Part shown: positions 60,106 through 64,000 of the stretch, in pieces
How positions within the stretch are numbered: the stretch's first letter is position 1
Layout: every line of letters begins with the position of its first letter
Source: Anaeromyxobacteraceae bacterium
Lineage (GTDB): Bacteria > Myxococcota > Myxococcia > Myxococcales > Anaeromyxobacteraceae
Direction: 5' to 3'
Assembly: GCA_047602405.1 (NCBI GenBank)
Contig: JASGHJ010000002.1
Location: forward strand, 1,568,001-1,632,000
DNA: 64,000 nucleotides
The notes under the pieces: model-generated
Told to the model about the DNA's origin: nothing
Seen by the model: only the letters and a program-made list of their open reading frames with translations
Databases searched by the model: none
Made by a program: the position numbers and the translations under genes

Positions 60106-60451
60106 GCTGGCGCAGGCGCGCCACGAGCTCGGTGTTCTCGAAGGGCTTGCGGACGAAGCCGTTCGCGCCGGCCTCGATCGAGCGGCGGGGCAGGTCGGGC
60201 CCGGGGCGGGCCGAGACGACCAGGATCGGCCCCGTGAAGCCGCCGGCCCGCATCCGCCGGCACAGCTCGAGCCCGTCCATCCCGGGCATGGCCACGTCGA
60301 CGAGCACGGCGGCCGCATCCCGGTAGCGCTCGAGGGCCTCCTCCGCCCGGCGGGCCACGACCGGCTCCATCCCCTCGAGCTCGAGCAGGGTCGCGAGGAA
60401 GGTGCAGATCTCGCGGTCGTCGTCGACGAGGAGGACCCGCGGCGTGCTCAT
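60092..60451 (-). CDS. single-domain response regulator
   Basis: VLLVDDD, D.AMP.MDG, SA, KPF. Confidence 0.9.
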   Translation of the reverse strand: MSTPRVLLVDDDREICTFLATLLELEGMEPVVARRAEEALERYRDAAAVLVDVAMPGMDGLELCRRMRAGGFTGPILVVSARPGPDLPRRSIEAGANGFVRKPFENTELVARLRQLMAG

Positions 60452-60936
60452 CGCTGCACCAGCCCCTCGGTCGCCGAGCCCTGGACGCAGTCGATGCGGA
60501 GGGTCTTCGGCCTCAGGTCCTCGGGGGGCGCCGCCTCGTCCTTGCGGAACTGGCGCAGCGAGAGGACCACCTTGTCGCCGGCGCGGACGGTCTTGCGCTG
60601 GAAGGCCCAGCCCCCGTCGAGCGTGAAGGTGACGTCGGTCCAGTTGTCGGCCGACTCGTTCGCGACGAGCACCTGGGCCCCGACGAGCGACTCGTCGCCC
60701 GGGAGGAGCCTCACCACCGCCCGGAGCGCGTTCGTGGGGCCGGACGAGGGGCAGGAGGCGAAGAGCGCCGCGATCGAGAGCAGCGCCCAGGTGGCGACCA
60801 CCGCGACCCGCATCCGGAAGTAGCGGGTGGACCTCCGGTAGCCGTCCGCGAAGTCGGTCGCGAGATCGCGGGCGAGGTCCTTCACGCGCCTCGCGGCGGC
60901 GGGGACCGCCTCGGCGGGCCTGGGCGTCTGGGCCAT
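60448..60936 (-). CDS. hypothetical single-pass membrane protein
   Basis: One TM helix and a beta-rich periplasmic domain; coupled to the response regulator. Confidence 0.6.
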   Translation of the reverse strand: MAQTPRPAEAVPAAARRVKDLARDLATDFADGYRRSTRYFRMRVAVVATWALLSIAALFASCPSSGPTNALRAVVRLLPGDESLVGAQVLVANESADNWTDVTFTLDGGWAFQRKTVRAGDKVVLSLRQFRKDEAAPPEDLRPKTLRIDCVQGSATEGLVQR

Positions 60937-60975
60937 CGGAGGAGAGGGTACGCCGGGGTCCGCGGGGCGGACAAG

Positions 60976-61743
60976 CTACTCCGCCGCCGCGCCCTCGAGG
61001 CCGGCCGCGGCGACCGCCTTGTCGGGGTTGCCGCCGAGGCCGCCGAGCGCGCGGTGCTGGGCGATGACCCGCCGGCGCACCTCCACGAGGAGGTCGGTGC
61101 GGTCCGGGAAGTCGGCCGGGTTCACGGCTTCCCCCAGGGAGACCCGGATCGTCCCGGGCAAGGCGAAGATTGCGCCCTTCGGGTTGAGCGCGCCCGCGCC
61201 GGCGATCGCGACCGGGACGACCGGGACGCCGGCCTCCTTCGCGACGACGAACGGCCCCTTCTTGAAGGCGTGCACGAGGCCGTCCTTCGAGCGGGTGCCC
61301 TCGGGGAAGGCGATGATGGAGGTGCCGCCGCGGATCATCTCGCCCGCGCGGCGCAGGGTCTGGATGGCGTTCGAGCGGTTCGCGCGGTCCACCGGCACGT
61401 GCCCGCCGATCCGCATGTACCAGCCGAAGATCGGCAGCTCGAAGAGCTCGCGCTTGGCGATGAAGCGGACGTTGCGGGGCAAGACCTTGAAGAGGACGCA
61501 GATGTCGAGCGCGCTCTCGTGGTTCGCGGCGAACACGAGCGGACCGTCGGGCAGCTTCGCGGAGGTCACCTCGACCCTCGCGCCGGCGAACCACAGGATC
61601 GACGGCCCCCACAGGCGCCGCCCGAACCAGCCCCAGATGTCGCCGTTGCCCGTGAGGAAGCGCACCGGCAGCCCGGCGAAGATGAAGAAGAGGGTGGTGA
61701 GCCCAAGCCAGACCGCCGTGATCCAGCCGCGTACGTGCCCCAT
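60976..61743 (-). CDS. plsC: 1-acyl-sn-glycerol-3-phosphate acyltransferase
   Basis: NHESALD, AK.EL, FPEGTRS, FKKG, P.VP. Confidence 0.92.
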   Translation of the reverse strand: MGHVRGWITAVWLGLTTLFFIFAGLPVRFLTGNGDIWGWFGRRLWGPSILWFAGARVEVTSAKLPDGPLVFAANHESALDICVLFKVLPRNVRFIAKRELFELPIFGWYMRIGGHVPVDRANRSNAIQTLRRAGEMIRGGTSIIAFPEGTRSKDGLVHAFKKGPFVVAKEAGVPVVPVAIAGAGALNPKGAIFALPGTIRVSLGEAVNPADFPDRTDLLVEVRRRVIAQHRALGGLGGNPDKAVAAAGLEGAAAE

Positions 61744-61798
61744 CGCGCCGGTTCCTTACCACACCGCGGACGCGGGCGGCGGTGTAGGCTCGCGGCGC

Positions 61799-62731
61799 AT
61801 GGCGACCCCCGCCTTCCTCGAGGTCCGCGCCGAGGTCGCGGCCGCGCTCGCCGCCGGGCGGCCCGTGGTCGCGCTCGAGACGAGCGTCGTCGCGCAGGGG
61901 CTGCCCCCGCCACACGGCGCCACCGCCGCGGCCCGCTGCGAGGCCGCCGTGCGGGCCGCCGGGGCCCTGCCCGCCACGGTCGCGGTGCTCGGCGGGCGGC
62001 TCGTCGTGGGCGCCACGGCCGGTGAGGTCGCCGCGCTCGCCGACCGGACGCGGCCGGTCGCGAAGGCCGCCGCGCGGGACCTCGGCCCGCTCGTCGCGGC
62101 GGGGCGCGACGCGGGCACCACGGTGTCGGCGACGGTGCTCGCCGCGGGGCTCGCGGGCATCCCCGTCGTCGCCACGGGTGGCCTCGGCGGCGTGCACCGC
62201 CTCCTCCCGGGCGACCCCCCGGCGGCGGCCGGCGACGTCTCGGCCGACCTGTACGAGCTCGCCCGGACGCCGGTCTGCGTGGTGTGCGCGGGCCCGAAGG
62301 TCATCCTGGACGTGCCGGCGACGGCCGAGCTGCTCGAGAGCCTGGGCGTGCCGATCCTCGGCTTCGGCACCTCCGAGCTCCCCGCCTTCTACGTCGCGAG
62401 CTCCGGCGTGGCGCTCGAGCACCGGGTGGACGACCCGGGGGCCGCGGCGCGGGCGGTGGCCGCCCACCTCGCGCTCGGGCGCGGGGGGCTCGTCCTCGCG
62501 GTCCCGCCGCCGGCGCCGCTGCCCGGCGACGAGGTGGAGGCCGCGCTCGCGGGCGCCCTCGCGACGGCGCGCGCGCGGGGGGCGGTCGGGAAGGCCGCCA
62601 CGCCGCTCCTGCTCGAGGCCCTGGCGACCGCGACCCGGGGTCGTGCCGTCGAGGCGAACCTCGCCTTGCTCGAGCGCAACGCGGCGGTCGCCGGCGACGT
62701 CGCCCGCGCGCTCCGCGGCCGAGCGGGGTAG
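61799..62731 (+). CDS. psuG: pseudouridine-5'-phosphate glycosidase
   Basis: [43 protein letters not shown]. Confidence 0.9.
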   Translation: MATPAFLEVRAEVAAALAAGRPVVALETSVVAQGLPPPHGATAAARCEAAVRAAGALPATVAVLGGRLVVGATAGEVAALADRTRPVAKAAARDLGPLVAAGRDAGTTVSATVLAAGLAGIPVVATGGLGGVHRLLPGDPPAAAGDVSADLYELARTPVCVVCAGPKVILDVPATAELLESLGVPILGFGTSELPAFYVASSGVALEHRVDDPGAAARAVAAHLALGRGGLVLAVPPPAPLPGDEVEAALAGALATARARGAVGKAATPLLLEALATATRGRAVEANLALLERNAAVAGDVARALRGRAG

Positions 62732-62742
62732 AATCGCCCGCG

Positions 62743-63636
62743 ATGGGAGCCCAAGAGCCGACGCCCCGCCTCGTGGCCGACGCGGACGCGCTCGCGGCGC
62801 TGGTCGAGCGGCTCCGCGGCGAGTCCATCCTCGCGCTCGACAGCGAGTCCAACAGCTTCCACGTCTACCGCGAGCGGGTCTGCCTGCTGCAGCTGTCGAC
62901 CCGCGCCGAGGACTTCGTGGTCGACCCCATCGCGGTCGACCCCCGGCCGCTCGGGGCGGTGCTGTGCGACGGCCGCGAGGTGGTGCTCCACGGGGCCGAC
63001 TACGACGTGCGCTGCCTGAGGCGCGAGTACGGCTGGCAGCTCCCGCGGCTCTTCGACACCATGGCGGCCGCCCGCCGCCTCGGGCGCCCCGCCGTGGGCC
63101 TCGCCGCGCTCGTCGAGGCCCGCTTCGGCGTGCGCATGTCGAAGTCGTTCCAGCGCTCGGACTGGGGCCGGCGGCCGCTCGCGAAGGACCAGCTCGCCTA
63201 CGCGTCCCTCGACACGCACTTCCTCCTCGAGCTGCGCGACGAGCTCCACGCGGAGCTCACCCGCGAGGGGAAGCTCGACGAGGCCGTGCGCGAGTTCGAG
63301 CGCATCGCCGCGGTCGAGTTCCGCGAGAAGGTCTTCGATCCCGAGGCGTGGCGGCGCATCAAGGGCGCCCGCGACCTCGACCCGCGCGGGCGGACCGTGC
63401 TGCGGGGCCTGTTCCTCGCGCGCGAGGAGCGGGCGCGGGCGCTCGACCGCCCGCCGTTCAAGGTGATCGGGGACGAGGCGCTCCTCGAGATCGCGAAGCG
63501 CAAGCCCGGGACCGTGGACGCGCTCTCCGGCGTGCGCGGGGTGACGCCGGCGGTCCTGCGGAAGCTCGGTGACGAGATCCTCCGCGTCGTGGCCGCCTCG
63601 GCCGAGGGCCAGGGCCCCGGGCCGGGCGCGCCCTGA
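62743..63636 (+). CDS. rnd: ribonuclease D family 3'-5' exonuclease with HRDC domain
   Basis: ALDSE, CLLQ, H.A.YD, FDT..A, SDW..RPL..QL.YA..D; HRDC RE..AR..D.PPF. Confidence 0.88.
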   Translation: MGAQEPTPRLVADADALAALVERLRGESILALDSESNSFHVYRERVCLLQLSTRAEDFVVDPIAVDPRPLGAVLCDGREVVLHGADYDVRCLRREYGWQLPRLFDTMAAARRLGRPAVGLAALVEARFGVRMSKSFQRSDWGRRPLAKDQLAYASLDTHFLLELRDELHAELTREGKLDEAVREFERIAAVEFREKVFDPEAWRRIKGARDLDPRGRTVLRGLFLAREERARALDRPPFKVIGDEALLEIAKRKPGTVDALSGVRGVTPAVLRKLGDEILRVVAASAEGQGPGPGAP

Positions 63637-63642
63637 CGCGCC

Positions 63643-64000
63643 TCAGAAGGCGGCACCCGCGGCGGGCGCGGGGATCTTCGCGCCCGGGTCGAGCGGGGCG
63701 GGGCCGTCCCCGGCGAGCCGGCGGTAGACGTCCCACCCGGCCGCGACGATCTTCACGTACTCGCGGGTCTCCCGGTACGGGATCGACTCCACCCACACGT
63801 CGAGCGGCTGGCCCGCGCGGTCGCGCGCCCAGCCGGCGGCGACGGCGGGCCCGGCGTTGTACGCGGCGAGCGCGACGGCCGGCGCCTGGAACCGGGACAC
63901 GAGCAGCCCGAGGTAGTGGACGCCGAGGGGCAGGTTGACGCGCGGATCGTCGAGCCGCGCGCCGGCCTCGCCGGGCAGGCCGAGCACCGCGGCCACCCGC
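63643..64000 (-). CDS. lytic transglycosylase (SLT domain), 3' part
   Basis: N..LG..YL, ALAAYNAGP, E.IPY.ETR.YV..V; truncated by the window edge. Confidence 0.88.
   Translation of the reverse strand, partial: RVAAVLGLPGEAGARLDDPRVNLPLGVHYLGLLVSRFQAPAVALAAYNAGPAVAAGWARDRAGQPLDVWVESIPYRETREYVKIVAAGWDVYRRLAGDGPAPLDPGAKIPAPAAGAAF

Overview
Very GC-rich bacterial chromosome segment. Gene content (AgmX/PglI-type gene, extra Hsp70, PrkA, stand-alone clpX, sigma54 regulator) suggests an Anaeromyxobacter-like member of the Myxococcota; this assignment is inference. Left to right: a sulfur-relay cluster (DsrE-like, two ThiF/MoeB proteins, TusA, CysC, LarE); truA; clpX; a lidless Hsp70; PrkA; signalling genes; a small glutaredoxin-like gene that very probably encodes a C-terminal selenocysteine (UGA-X-X-stop plus a SECIS-like hairpin); tRNA-Leu; a Fur-box-led iron locus (fur, feoB, Cys-rich protein, DtxR-FeoA) continuing into an FMN-binding protein, two membrane proteins and apbE; PIN-PhoH; dnaK; rlmB; the tRNA-tuf-rpmG-secE-nusG-rplKAJL-rpoBC core operon; a sigma70 factor; an isolated SctL/SctN/SctO (FliH/I/J-like) trio; plsC, psuG, RNase D and a partial lytic transglycosylase. 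About 15 single-base frameshifts interrupt genes, including essential ones, and 11 sit exactly on GATC. This points to sequencing errors caused by a DNA modification rather than true pseudogenes. Most notable: two ThiF proteins with complementary motif loss resembling a heterodimeric E1; the Feo-linked flavinylation module; the hidden selenoprotein; and REP-like repeats, two copies of which are translated in frame inside proteins. No integrase, transposase, rRNA or CRISPR array was seen.
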